Translations under genes and position numbers: made by a program
Source of the DNA: a bacterium
Lineage (GTDB): Bacteria > UBA8248
Direction: 5' to 3'
DNA length: 64,000 bases
NCBI GenBank assembly: GCA_965204535.1
Contig: OZ241996.1
Coordinates: 608,001 to 672,000 of the forward strand
Shown here: positions 40,504-50,883 of the stretch, piece by piece
Layout of the letters: every line of letters begins with the position of its first letter
Numbering within the stretch: the stretch's first letter is position 1
Notes under the pieces: model-generated
Seen by the model: the letters and a program-made list of their open reading frames with translations, nothing else
Database searches by the model: none
Told to the model about the DNA's origin: nothing

Positions 40504-41463
40504 CTACAAACCCCGCCAGGCGACGCCGTTCACCACGCCCAGGGGCGCTTCGCCGGCCAGTGCGCGGTGGATGTTCTCGAAGTAAACCTCGATTTCCCGG
40601 ATGATGTTTTCATCGTCCCCGCCCGCGCAGTGCGGCGTGGGAATGACGTTCGGCAGACGCAGCAGCGGGTGTTCGGGCGGAAACGGCTCGGGGTCGAAAA
40701 CGTCCAGCCCGGCTCCGCCCAGGTGGCCGTCTGTGAGCGCGCGATACATCGCCTCCTGATCGATCAGCGGCCCGCGCCCGATGTTCAGGATGTATGCCCC
40801 TTTGGGCAGGGCGCGAATCTCCTCCTCACCGATGATGCCGCGCGTCTCCTCGTTCAAGGCGACGCCGACCAGGAGCGCGTCTGCGTTTTGGAACAACTCA
40901 TCACGCGCAACGGATCGCGCGCCGAGCGCATCGTCCACGGATTCGGGCAGCGGCGTACGGTTCCAATACTGAATCTCCATCCCGAACGCGCGGGCGCGCA
41001 GGGATACGCCGCGTCCGATGTCGCCCATGCCCAGAACGCCCAGGCGGGCGCCGCGCAGCGGGGCGATTCCCTGCGTTTGCGTCCAGTTGAACGCGCTGCC
41101 GTCGGCTCTCTGGGGGGATGGGGGATTGTCCGAACCCTCGCGGGCGTCGCGCGTCGCGCCTTCGAAATTTCTCTTGAGTGCCAACAGCATCATCATGGTG
41201 TGGTCCGCCACCGAGTCGGTGATCGGCATCGGGAAGGTCATCACGGGTACGCCCGCCCGTGTGGCGCGCTCGATTTGCAGTTTCTCGAAGAAATAGCCGC
41301 CCGCCTGGATGAGTTTCAGCTTTTTCGCGCGCTCGTAAAAACCCTCGGGCAGCGGGTCGTTCTCGCAGAGAAAGAAATCCGCCTCCTCCATCGCCGCCAT
41401 CCGCTTTCCGGCGTCGGGCTCGATGATGAGTTCGATTTTCTCCTCATCCATCGCACGGGTCAT
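40504..41463 (-). CDS. D-isomer-specific 2-hydroxyacid dehydrogenase
   Basis: GMGDIG, NIGRG, LDVF..EP, TPH. Confidence 0.9.
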   Translation of the reverse strand: MTRAMDEEKIELIIEPDAGKRMAAMEEADFFLCENDPLPEGFYERAKKLKLIQAGGYFFEKLQIERATRAGVPVMTFPMPITDSVADHTMMMLLALKRNFEGATRDAREGSDNPPSPQRADGSAFNWTQTQGIAPLRGARLGVLGMGDIGRGVSLRARAFGMEIQYWNRTPLPESVDDALGARSVARDELFQNADALLVGVALNEETRGIIGEEEIRALPKGAYILNIGRGPLIDQEAMYRALTDGHLGGAGLDVFDPEPFPPEHPLLRLPNVIPTPHCAGGDDENIIREIEVYFENIHRALAGEAPLGVVNGVAWRGL

Positions 41464-41553
41464 GCGCTCTTCAATCGCAGGCGAGAAGGGCCTGCCGCGC
41501 AGGGCGCGGATGCAGGGCAGCATGCGTGCGACGACGCGGACCCGGCGCATGGC

Positions 41554-43248
41554 TTATTCCGTCTTTCTCAGGAAACCGAAGTCACAGCCATCGGGCGCCT
41601 GGAGCACGTTCTCGATGAACAGCCTGCCGTAGCCCCTGTCGTAATGAGGCGGCACAGGCTCGAGCGTGGCGCGGCGGCGCTGGAGTTCTTCTTCGGGGAC
41701 GTTGAGATCCAGCCTCCGGTTCGGGACGTCCAGGGTGATCATGTCCCCGTCCCGGACGAGGGCGAGGGGGCCTCCAGCAGCCGCCTCGGGCGCCACGTGC
41801 AGCACGATGGTTCCCGACGCCGTCCCGCTCATGCGCGCGTCCGAAATGCGCACCACGTCGCGCACGCCCGCTTCGAGCAGCTTCTTGGGCAGCGGCAGGG
41901 AGCCTGCCTCCGGGAAGCCGGGCGCGCCGATGGGGCCCGTGTTCTGGAGCACGAAGACGCTCTCCGCCGTGGCGGGGAGGTCGGGGTCGTCGATCCGCTC
42001 GATCAAATCCTGCTGGGATGAGAATACGACTGCAGGCCCCGTATGCGTCAGCAGATCGGGGTCCGCCGCTGAAATCTTGATGACCGCCCCATCGGGCGCG
42101 AGCGAGCCCTTGACGATGACGAGGCCGCCTTCTTCCGATATGGGTTCCTCCCGCGTGTAGATGACGTCCTGCCAGGGCTGCGCCCCTTGGATTTTCGAGA
42201 GGTTTTCCGTCACGGTCTCTCCGGTCACCGTCAGGCAGTCCCCGTGGAGCAGGGGTTCGAGTTCCTTCATCACCACGGGGATGCCGCCCGCAGCAGCCAA
42301 GTCCTCCATCAGGTATTTCTTCCCCGATGGGCGGATGTTGCCGATCATGGGCGTTGTGCGCGAGATGTCATCGAACAGCGATAGCGGGAGGTCGATGCCC
42401 AGGCGTCCGGCGATGGCGGGCAGGTGGACGACGGCGTTCGTCGAGCCGCCCACGGCCATCAGCACGCGGATGGCGTTCTCGAACGCCTCGCGCGTCATGA
42501 TTTTCTCGGGCGTGATGTCTTTTTCGATCAACCCGGTGATGCGCCGCCCGCTTTGCTCCGCGAGGCGCATGCGGTTCGAGTTCACCGCCGGGACCGCCGC
42601 GAGACCCGGCAGCATCATGCCCATCGCCTCGGTGAGGGACGCCATCGTGCTCGCCGTGCCCATCACCATGCAGGTGCCCGTGGACGGGAAGAGCGAACCC
42701 TGGACCTCTTCGAGGCGCGCGTCGTCATAGTTGCCCGCCCGGTATTCCGCCCACGTCCCCCGGCAGTCCGAGCACGCGCCCAGTACCTTGTCCTCGAAGC
42801 GTCCGCCGATCATCGGCCCCGCCGTCACGCAGATGGCGGGCATCCCGGCGCTGGCCGCGCCCATGAGTTGCGCGGGGAGCGTCTTGTCGCAGCCGCCGAG
42901 CAGCACCACCCCGTCCATGGGCTGGCCCTTGATCATCTCTTCGGTGTCCATCGAGAGGAGGTTCCGGAAGAACATGGCAGTCGGATTCATGTACATCTCG
43001 CCCAGGGAGATGGTGGGAAACTCCAGCGGCAGGCCGCCCGATTGCCAGACGCCGCGCTTGACGGCCTCGGCGATCTCGCGCAGGTGGCGGTGGCAGGGGT
43101 TGAGTTCGCTCCAGGTCTGGGCGATGCCGACGATGGGCTTTTCCAGGTCCTCTTTCGTCAGGCCGAACCCCCGCGCGTAGGCGCCCCTTGCGAAAACGCT
43201 GAAGCCCGGGTCGCCATAGTTCGTCAGTCCTCTCAGGTGTCCCCGCAT
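41554..43248 (-). CDS. IlvD/Edd family dehydratase (probably sugar-acid dehydratase)
   Basis: NPCH, GCDKT, GTC.VMGTA, GGSTN, SDARMSGT. Confidence 0.9.
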   Translation of the reverse strand: MRGHLRGLTNYGDPGFSVFARGAYARGFGLTKEDLEKPIVGIAQTWSELNPCHRHLREIAEAVKRGVWQSGGLPLEFPTISLGEMYMNPTAMFFRNLLSMDTEEMIKGQPMDGVVLLGGCDKTLPAQLMGAASAGMPAICVTAGPMIGGRFEDKVLGACSDCRGTWAEYRAGNYDDARLEEVQGSLFPSTGTCMVMGTASTMASLTEAMGMMLPGLAAVPAVNSNRMRLAEQSGRRITGLIEKDITPEKIMTREAFENAIRVLMAVGGSTNAVVHLPAIAGRLGIDLPLSLFDDISRTTPMIGNIRPSGKKYLMEDLAAAGGIPVVMKELEPLLHGDCLTVTGETVTENLSKIQGAQPWQDVIYTREEPISEEGGLVIVKGSLAPDGAVIKISAADPDLLTHTGPAVVFSSQQDLIERIDDPDLPATAESVFVLQNTGPIGAPGFPEAGSLPLPKKLLEAGVRDVVRISDARMSGTASGTIVLHVAPEAAAGGPLALVRDGDMITLDVPNRRLDLNVPEEELQRRRATLEPVPPHYDRGYGRLFIENVLQAPDGCDFGFLRKTE

Positions 43249-43427
43249 CTTGGAATCTTCTCCCCTGGTGATTATTTTCTGGAATCCACCCGCATCATTC
43301 CTCATGGGCGGGGAATGGGCAAGCGCGTGCGGGGGTCGTCTTTTCCCCCGGCTTTTGCTCTCGCCCGAAACAGGGTACATTGGAGGGATGCAAAAGGCTC
43401 AGGTCTCGCAAGACAGGAGGGATGAGC

Positions 43428-44012
43428 ATGAGAAAGAGACTCTTTGCTTCCATTTCGCCGCCGAAGCGCCCCATCCGTTTCATTGTTGTTCTGTCCATGC
43501 TATTCGCCCTGGTATCGGCTATGGGGTGCGCCCGGGGGAAAAAAGCCGCTGAAGTTCCGCGCAGCGGCAAGGGCGAGATCGTCGTGACGAGCAGGCCCGA
43601 GGGCGCCGTCGTCATCTTCAACGGAAATCCGCGCGGGGAGGCCTATAAACTCAGGCCCGTCGAAATCAAGGGCGTGGACTACGGGCGTCATTCGATCCGG
43701 GCGGAGTTTCCCGGCTACGTCGGCCAGGTTCTCGAAGTCGACGTGCGCGCGAAAAAGACGTCCATCGAGATGCGGTTGACGAGAGAGGGCGCCGGCCGCC
43801 TCGTCGTCCGCTCCGACCCGCCGGGTGCGGAGGTCTTTATCGGGAGCCAGTACTACGGCAAGGCGGCCCCGGCGATCGAGGTGACGAATCTCACCCCGGG
43901 CGAGTATTCGATGTGGCTGCGGCTGCCGGGGCACGGGATGGAGCGCCGAAACGTCATCGTCGAGCGCAGGCGCGAGCGCCGCTACATGGTCGTTTTGGAC
44001 AAAGCGCCCTGA
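43428..44012 (+). CDS. PEGA domain-containing lipoprotein; start uncertain
   Basis: Lipobox-like AMGC; two VTSRPEGA / VRSDPPGA repeats. Confidence 0.8.
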   Translation: MRKRLFASISPPKRPIRFIVVLSMLFALVSAMGCARGKKAAEVPRSGKGEIVVTSRPEGAVVIFNGNPRGEAYKLRPVEIKGVDYGRHSIRAEFPGYVGQVLEVDVRAKKTSIEMRLTREGAGRLVVRSDPPGAEVFIGSQYYGKAAPAIEVTNLTPGEYSMWLRLPGHGMERRNVIVERRRERRYMVVLDKAP

Positions 44013-44090
44013 ATTCGTCCGGTTGCCGATCGGCTGGTTCATTCACCTGACTGAACTGCGAACCCGGTTTGCGCCTGTTACTCGCGCTTC

Positions 44091-44491
44091 GGGGGTTGTT
44101 GAAAAAGCCCCCACAGGGCCCTGCAAGTAGAGGGTTTGTAGGGACAGGCCCCCGTGCCTGTCCCTGCGAAGCGTAGTCACGGGGATGATCATATACGATG
44201 TGGGCGGCCACAGGGGGCCGCCCCTACGGGTGAATATGCTTTTGATCGTCATTCCGGCGAAAGCCGGAATCCATTTGTTTTGCCTTTGTGTTTATTTCCT
44301 GATTGCTTCCCCCAATGACGGGGAGATGAAAAGCCGGCGTATCGTCATTCTGCTTGAAAATGGATCCCGGCTTAAAACATGCCGGAATGACGCCTGCAGG
44401 GGCGGTTCGCGAACTGTGGGACAACCCCGAAGAGGGGTTGTCACTACAAAACCATCGTACCCCCACCGCTTAAGGGGAGTTTTCAACAGCC
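44091..44491. mobile_element. MITE-like composite element filled with REP palindromes
   Basis: Terminal IRs GGGGTTGTTGAAAAAG / GTTTTCAACAGCC; internal GTAG hairpins; CGTC doublet homologous (inverted) to 39477-39620. Confidence 0.65.
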
Positions 44492-44628
44492 ATGCTTCGG
44501 CGCCGATTTGCGGACTTGATCCGTGATGGCGATGGCTTTAATCTTGGAGGACGTGACCCGCATGAAGTTTCAACGCTTCTTCCAACGCGCGCGCTCCGCA
44601 CGTCCGGGAGGCGCCAAGGAGACGAGAG

Positions 44629-45735
44629 ATGTCCACCGAATACATTTGGGCGCTCTGCTCTCACAGGGCGGGGGACGGGTCGCAGGTGAACCAGAAGACG
44701 CCCGAGCGCCCCGCCACCCTGGATTATCTCGCCGAGGTGACGGCAGCGGCCGAGGAGGCGGGCTTCGCCAACATCCTCGTGCCGTGCGGCACGCACTGCA
44801 TCGACGCCTGGACGACGGCGGGCGCGATTTCGAGCCGGACGAAGAAGATCAAGTTTCTCGTGGCTTTCCGGCCCGGAATCACCGGCCCGGTCTACGCGGC
44901 GCAGCAGGCGAACAGCCTCGATTACCTCACCGGCGGGCGCTGCACGCTCAACGTCGTGACGGGCAGCACGCCCGTGGATCAGAAAAGATACGGGGATTTC
45001 ATGCCGCACGACGATCGCTACGCGCGCACGGGCGAGTTCCTGGACGTGGTGCGCAAGCTCTGGAACGCGGAGGGGCCGCTCGACTACAAGGGGAAATTCT
45101 TCGAGATCGAAAACGCAGGGATATTCCCCGAGCGGGTGACGAAGCCCAATCCCCCGATTTACCTGGCGGGAAGTTCCGACCCCGGCAAGCGGGTGGCGTG
45201 GGAGCACGGGGACGTGCACATGATGTACGCCGCCGAGCCCGAAGTCGTCGGGAAGGACATCGAGGAGGGCAAGCGCGAATCCCGGGCGTATGAGCGCGAG
45301 CGGCCGCTCAGCTACGGTATCCGCCATCTGGTCTGCGTGCGCGAGACGAAGAAAGAGGCGGTGCGCGCCGCCGAGGCGCTCATCGAAGGGAGCGACATCT
45401 CGAATACGGGAACGTGGAGTGACATGAAAAACGTCACCGAGTCCACCGGACAGATGCGCATCAACGAGATGGGCTCGCGCGACAGCCTCTGGATCACCGA
45501 TACGATCTGGATGGGCGTGAACAGGGTGCGCGGCGGTGCGGGGACGATGTTCGTCGGCACGCCGGAGATGGTCGCGGGCGTGATTCGCGAGTATTACGAC
45601 GCGGGCGTGCGGCATTTCATCATGAACGGATGGCCCCACAGGGAAGAGGCGGAAATTTTCGGCAGAGAGGTACTGCCGCTTCTCAATGACACCGAACCCA
45701 TCGTATTGCCTGAACCGGCCGGCGTCGCCGCGTAA
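44629..45735 (+). CDS. LLM-class flavin-dependent monooxygenase (SsuD/MsuD-like)
   Basis: AEEAGF, KFLVAFRPG, GGR..NVVTG, HDDRYART.EF. Confidence 0.9.
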   Translation: MSTEYIWALCSHRAGDGSQVNQKTPERPATLDYLAEVTAAAEEAGFANILVPCGTHCIDAWTTAGAISSRTKKIKFLVAFRPGITGPVYAAQQANSLDYLTGGRCTLNVVTGSTPVDQKRYGDFMPHDDRYARTGEFLDVVRKLWNAEGPLDYKGKFFEIENAGIFPERVTKPNPPIYLAGSSDPGKRVAWEHGDVHMMYAAEPEVVGKDIEEGKRESRAYERERPLSYGIRHLVCVRETKKEAVRAAEALIEGSDISNTGTWSDMKNVTESTGQMRINEMGSRDSLWITDTIWMGVNRVRGGAGTMFVGTPEMVAGVIREYYDAGVRHFIMNGWPHREEAEIFGREVLPLLNDTEPIVLPEPAGVAA

Positions 45736-45750
45736 TCGAAAAAACTGGAA

Positions 45751-46284
45751 ATGACTCCCTACATCCTTGTTTTCGGCGGCAGCCGCAGGCCCCAGAACAA
45801 TACCGATAAGGCCCTCGCCCTCGCTCTCGATGAGTTGGGGAAGGGCGATTTCGAGATCAACCGCGTCCACTTGGGCGATCTGGATTTGCCCCTGCCCGGT
45901 GAGCCGAGCGACTCGAAAGATCCCGATATGCTGAAAAGTCTCGTGACGGCGGCGGCGGGCATCCTCATCGCGACGCCCGAGTATCACGGCAGCATCAGCA
46001 GCACGCTCAAGCTGGCGATCGACAACCTGGGCTATCCCTCCACGTTCGAGGGCAAGACCATCGCCATCCTGGGTGTGGCGATGGGGCCGAGCGCGGACAA
46101 CGCCCTCGCGCACCTGAGGCACATTCTCACCCACATCGGCGGAGAGGTTCTGCCCGGTCAGGCTTCCATCGGGAGCGTCCACAAGGTCTTCGACGAGGAT
46201 GGGCATTGCATAGACGAGGCGGCGGAGGCCGCAATCCGGAGCGTCCCCGCCCGGCTGCTCGACCATCTGAAAAATTCATCCTGA
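45751..46284 (+). CDS. NADPH-dependent FMN reductase
   Basis: GSRR, TPEYHGSISSTLK.AID. Confidence 0.9.
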   Translation: MTPYILVFGGSRRPQNNTDKALALALDELGKGDFEINRVHLGDLDLPLPGEPSDSKDPDMLKSLVTAAAGILIATPEYHGSISSTLKLAIDNLGYPSTFEGKTIAILGVAMGPSADNALAHLRHILTHIGGEVLPGQASIGSVHKVFDEDGHCIDEAAEAAIRSVPARLLDHLKNSS

Positions 46285-46291
46285 AACGAAA

Positions 46292-47047
46292 ATGTCCGAC
46301 TCCGGATCGAGTTTTCTTCACAGAGAAAACGGGAATTCGCTCGCCTGGTTCCGGCTGGAGGGCGAATCGCCCGGCCTGATGTTCCTGGGCGGTTTCCGCT
46401 CGGACATGAGCGGGACGAAGGCGAGCGCACTCGAAGCCCATTGCCGGAAGGTGGGGCGCGCCTACGTTCGCTTCGACTACGGCGGACACGGGGAATCTTC
46501 GGGGAAATTCGAGGAGGGCACCATCGGCGAGTGGGCGGCGGACGCGCTGGCGATCCTGGATGAAGTCGCCCGGGGACCCCAGGTGCTCGTGGGTTCCAGC
46601 ATGGGCGCGTGGATGATGCTGCTCACGGCCCTGGCCCGGCCCGAACGCGTGAAAGGCCTCGTGGGCGTAGCTTCGGGCCCTGATTTTACGGATGGCTTCA
46701 AGAAGCACAGGCTCACCGAGGAGATGGAGCGTGAACTCGACGAGCGGGGATACGTCATGCACGCGCCCAACATCTGGGGGGAGCCGTATCCCATCACAAA
46801 GAAACTGCTCGATGAGGCAGAGAACCATCTGCTCCTGCGCGGCGAGATCGGTGTGACCTGCCCCGTGCGCCTCATCCACGGAATGGCCGATGAAACGATT
46901 TCCTGGGAGGTATCCCTGAAGCTTTCCAATGTACTCAAAAGCGACGACGTGAGGCTCATGCTCGTCAAGGACGGCGGCCACCGGCTCTCGCGGGATGCGG
47001 ACATCGAACTCATCATCCGCACCGCCGAGGAACTGGCGGGCGGGTAG
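46292..47047 (+). CDS. Alpha/beta hydrolase (ABHD10-like)
   Basis: GGFRSDMSGTKA, GSSMG, GGHRLSR. Confidence 0.9.
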   Translation: MSDSGSSFLHRENGNSLAWFRLEGESPGLMFLGGFRSDMSGTKASALEAHCRKVGRAYVRFDYGGHGESSGKFEEGTIGEWAADALAILDEVARGPQVLVGSSMGAWMMLLTALARPERVKGLVGVASGPDFTDGFKKHRLTEEMERELDERGYVMHAPNIWGEPYPITKKLLDEAENHLLLRGEIGVTCPVRLIHGMADETISWEVSLKLSNVLKSDDVRLMLVKDGGHRLSRDADIELIIRTAEELAGG

Positions 47048-47134
47048 GGGAAGAAAACTAGGATGTTGTTTTTACAATAATTCTCTTCATACTGATGTCT
47101 TCATCCACCAACCAATGTTTGAAGGGGAGAAAAA

Positions 47135-47941
47135 ATGTATATCATTAGTTCAAGAAAAGATTTTTGGAATGATAACGAAATTTCCAGCAATCCAGACGAA
47201 ATTAAGGAAGTTGTTGATTTTGATGATGTGATTTTAGAACCAAGGGAAACTTCCAATTATGAGTCGTTGATTGCTGACAAAAAGGTGCTCCTGCTTTGTC
47301 ACGGTTATAACAATGAGCCCCATGACGTGATTCGTGCGTATAAAATTGTAGATGAGATGCAGTCAAAACATATAGGTTATTTCGACGTTGTTGTTGGTTA
47401 CACATGGCCGGGTGGTGATGATTTCTTGGATTATTATGCTGCGAAAAACCGGGCTTCGGCGGTGTCGCCAAGGTTCACAAAACTATTGAAAACTACCATA
47501 AGAAATTGTTCAGAACTGGGAATTATGTCCCACAGTACTGGATGCAGGATATCTCTTATTGCATGTGAGAGGTTAAAAGTAATTGCATTCAAAAAGTGCG
47601 ACAAACTCTGGCAGTTTATGATGGCAGCTGCTGTGGATAATGAATCGGTTGAAACTGGTGAGCGGTACTACGATGCCACTTTATATAATGATAACGCCTA
47701 TATCTTTCATTCTAAGAACGATGATGTTTTGGGTATTGGCTTTACGTTAGCCGAGTGGGATTCGGCGCTCGGTTACAGTGGACCTGAGAATATCGACGAT
47801 ATTGTCCCTGCGACTAAAGTCATCAACTGTAAGCATGTGGTCGAATCACATGGTGCGTACAAGCGAACTCAGCAAGTCTATGATTATATTCGTAAAGAGT
47901 TAATGGACTCTCCAGCGAATCAATTCGCAACGCTCCGATAG
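47135..47941 (+). CDS. AT-rich alpha/beta hydrolase (DUF900-like)
   Basis: HGYNN, YTWP, SHSTG, AAAVD; low GC. Confidence 0.8.
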   Translation: MYIISSRKDFWNDNEISSNPDEIKEVVDFDDVILEPRETSNYESLIADKKVLLLCHGYNNEPHDVIRAYKIVDEMQSKHIGYFDVVVGYTWPGGDDFLDYYAAKNRASAVSPRFTKLLKTTIRNCSELGIMSHSTGCRISLIACERLKVIAFKKCDKLWQFMMAAAVDNESVETGERYYDATLYNDNAYIFHSKNDDVLGIGFTLAEWDSALGYSGPENIDDIVPATKVINCKHVVESHGAYKRTQQVYDYIRKELMDSPANQFATLR

Positions 47942-48097
47942 ATGCTTGAGCTTTTTGTGAGAGTTATTATCCATTGTGACAAAAAGGCGAAACCTTCGCA
48001 TGATTCAATTGTTGTTCTGCGGTATCTTGATTCGGGCTGGTTGTCGACGACGCATAAGCCTTGATTTCCGAGAATGCGCCGCACGAGAGGCGAAGAG

Positions 48098-48415
48098 ATG
48101 AAAAAAGAGCGCATGGTGGGTGCGAGGCTCCCTCTGGAACTGGTCCGCGAACTGGAACTCATCGAGAATGTGGAGCAGTCCGACCGTTCGACCACCCTGC
48201 GAAGGCTGCTGTCGAACGCGGTTCAGCAGTGGAAGCTGGAGCACTATTCCCGGCTCTACGGGGACGGAAAGGTCACCCTTGCGCGGGCGGCGCGCGATGC
48301 GGGAGTTTCCCTGTGGGAGATGATGGACTATGTGCGCAGCCGAAAAACGCCGGTCCAATATGACCTCGAAGATCTCGAGCGAGACTTGCAAACCATCCAT
48401 CAAAAGGATGGGTGA
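48098..48415 (+). CDS. UPF0175-family putative antitoxin (orphan)
   Basis: RHH-like N-terminus plus Y..GKVTLARAA..AGVSLWE. Confidence 0.75.
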   Translation: MKKERMVGARLPLELVRELELIENVEQSDRSTTLRRLLSNAVQQWKLEHYSRLYGDGKVTLARAARDAGVSLWEMMDYVRSRKTPVQYDLEDLERDLQTIHQKDG

Positions 48416-48633
48416 TCCGTATCCGGTTTGAACGGTTGATACCCACTCGGCCTTCTTGCGCTTTTCATATTTGTGAGCACCGCCCCGGCGCATATGCCTG
48501 AACAAACGGCTTGACATCAACCCTTTGGAATCGTTAGTTTTAATTCGTAAGTTTTCTCTTCTTGTTTACCGCCCCTTTACAATCCTTTGAAGACGGTTTT
48601 CTGCCGGGATGAATTTCCGACCTTGAGGGGGGC

Positions 48634-50004
48634 ATGAAAATCAAAAAGAAACTCTTCAGCCGCATCGGGCGCCGCAAGGAATCTACACCTCCAAAGCCGG
48701 GAGAAGAGGGGTTTGATTTGCCGCCTCCCACGGCCATCAAGCCGGGCGTTCCGTATTCTGAGAACGAGGCGGAGCAAAGCGGCTATGGCTCTCACTTTGA
48801 GTTGTTGGCTTCCGGTGAAACGCCGAGCCCGGATGCGACGGGCGAAACGGATGCGCAAGAAAGCGGCTATGGCCTCGATCTGGAGTTGCTGGCTTCGGAT
48901 GAACGGCAAGGCGCGGAACCGGCGAACGTGGTGGACGCGCCAGAAAGCGGCCATGCCCCCGCCCCGGAATCATTGGCGGCGCCGGTCTCGGAGGAACCGC
49001 CGGGTGAGGTCGGGATACCTCGCGGGTCCGAGCCGCTTGAGGGATATGGTGATGGTTTCGATGTCCTGGCCGTGCCGGAACCGGCTGATTCGCCGGATGC
49101 AGCCGAGCCGCCTCTGAAAGGCGAGGAGGCCGCCTCTGGCGTGACTGCAAGCGATGGGGAGGCGTTAGAGTCCGCTCCTGCGATTCTTGAAGAAAGCGAG
49201 CCGGAAACAATTGGCGATGCCGCGCCTGCGTTTGAGGAAGCCCCCGACGCAGCCGAAAGCGTCGTGGGGGGATATGCGCCCGTGGCGCCGGAGATTCCTG
49301 GAGACAGCGGAGTGCGTGTTATTGACGATGCTGTCTCGGAGGATGATGAACCTCCGGCGGCGTCGATCCCGGATGATTCGGTGGATGAGGCTGTGCCATC
49401 TCACGAGCCCGGGCCGCTTGAGGGATATGGTGATGGTTTCGAGGCCCTGGCCGTGCCGGAACCGGTTGATTCGCCGGATGCGGCCGATTCGGATGAAGAG
49501 CAGGACGAAGCCGTTTCGGTTGTCGAGGAGAAGGTCGTAGAAGTGACTGCATCCGATCTTGCAGTCCCTCATGAAGATGAGCCGGGCGCTACGCCTGGTG
49601 TCGTTTCGGAACATGAGGACGTCACGGACGTAGTTGAAAACGCCGTGGAGGCGGCGGCCTCCGAACCGGAAACCTCTCAGGAAAGCGTGGCGGAGGCGAT
49701 GGTTTCGGAGCCGGAAACGCCTCGGGAGAGCGAGCCGGAGGCCGTCGAGGCGGCTGCCGACTTGCCATTGGAAGAACCGGACGAAGCCTCGGAACCCCCT
49801 CTCCAGGAAAATGGGCTCCTCCCTCTCGTGAGAGATGCGCGCAGAGTCTGGCGGCCCGGCAAGGGGTTCAGCCGGAGCGAACTGCGGGAAGCCGGCTTGA
49901 GTCCCGCCGAGGCTGCGCGCCTGCGCATCCGCGTCGACAAGCGCCGCCGCAACGCGCACCCGATGAACGTCGCAGCCCTCGAAAAAGCGAAGAGCGGCGT
50001 TTGA
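48634..50004 (+). CDS. Acidic low-complexity protein with C-terminal ribosomal protein L13e-like domain
   Basis: E/D/P/A-rich body; C-terminal RPGKGFSRSELREAGL...RIRVDKRRRNAHPMNV. Confidence 0.75.
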   Translation: MKIKKKLFSRIGRRKESTPPKPGEEGFDLPPPTAIKPGVPYSENEAEQSGYGSHFELLASGETPSPDATGETDAQESGYGLDLELLASDERQGAEPANVVDAPESGHAPAPESLAAPVSEEPPGEVGIPRGSEPLEGYGDGFDVLAVPEPADSPDAAEPPLKGEEAASGVTASDGEALESAPAILEESEPETIGDAAPAFEEAPDAAESVVGGYAPVAPEIPGDSGVRVIDDAVSEDDEPPAASIPDDSVDEAVPSHEPGPLEGYGDGFEALAVPEPVDSPDAADSDEEQDEAVSVVEEKVVEVTASDLAVPHEDEPGATPGVVSEHEDVTDVVENAVEAAASEPETSQESVAEAMVSEPETPRESEPEAVEAAADLPLEEPDEASEPPLQENGLLPLVRDARRVWRPGKGFSRSELREAGLSPAEAARLRIRVDKRRRNAHPMNVAALEKAKSGV

Positions 50005-50111
50005 GGGGGTATTGCTAGGTAAGGGCAGTTGCCATCAAGAATGCCACTCCTTGTGAAGTCTTTTCCCTCCCATGCCGTGATCATTTCATAATCTATACCC
50101 CGACTTCTTCT

Positions 50112-50175
50112 TGCAACGAAAAAATAGTTGCATTTCTAGGGTTTGCTCTATACAATGCAACTAATTTATAGTTGC
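50112..50175. promoter_or_regulatory. Two TGCAAC-N9-GTTGC(A) palindromes, putative HicB operators
   Basis: 50112-50132 and 50156-50175; TACAAT -10-like hexamer at 50151-50156. Confidence 0.65.
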
Positions 50176-50214
50176 TCTAATGGTTTGAGCCAGTGATATT
50201 TAGACAAGAGACCG

Positions 50215-50469
50215 ATGAGCAAACACGAGAAGCTGCTGGATAAGTTCAGGAAGAATCCAAAAAATTTTACATGGAACGAATTGGTTCAGCTATTGGAGGG
50301 ATTGGGTTATCGGCAGTCAACGGGAGGAAGAACGGGTGGCTCACGGCGAAGGTTTATTCATTCGTTGGCTCCCCGGATTTTCTTTCACCAGCCCCATGCC
50401 GAAGGAAAGTTGAAGCCATATGTCATACGTGAGGTAAGAAAGAAGTTGGAGGAAGGTGGTTTGTTGTGA
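50215..50469 (+). CDS. hicA: HicA family toxin
   Basis: FTWNEL..LL..LGY, GGSRRRF, HQPH, LKPY. Confidence 0.88.
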   Translation: MSKHEKLLDKFRKNPKNFTWNELVQLLEGLGYRQSTGGRTGGSRRRFIHSLAPRIFFHQPHAEGKLKPYVIREVRKKLEEGGLL

Positions 50470-50532
50470 AATACATCTAAAGGGGAATGGCGGGGAATCA
50501 GATTTGCTCACGAGGATGGAAAGGGGCCAAAG

Positions 50533-50883
50533 ATGATCGGAGCTGTATTGAGGTACAAGAATTATCAGGGATCCATTGAATATGACGAGGAAAGCGAAAC
50601 CTTGCACGGCAAGGTGCTCCACGTGCGGGATTTGATTACATACGAAGCCGAAACCGCCAGGGAACTCAAGAAATCGTTTCAGGATTCGGTGAACGATTAT
50701 CTGGAAACGTGCGAGGCGGAAGGAATCGAGCCGAACAAGCCATACAGCGGGTCTTTCAACGTGCGTCCGGGACCCGCGCTTCATGAGAAACTTGCCCGTA
50801 TATCGGTCGCGCGCGGCCGGAGCATGAACGCCCTTGTGAAAGAGGTGCTCTCGGATTTCGTCTCGAAGGCGGATGAGGCCTGA
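50533..50883 (+). CDS. hicB: HicB family antitoxin
   Basis: YKNYQGSI, SVNDYL, KPYSGSFNVR, SMNALV. Confidence 0.9.
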   Translation: MIGAVLRYKNYQGSIEYDEESETLHGKVLHVRDLITYEAETARELKKSFQDSVNDYLETCEAEGIEPNKPYSGSFNVRPGPALHEKLARISVARGRSMNALVKEVLSDFVSKADEA

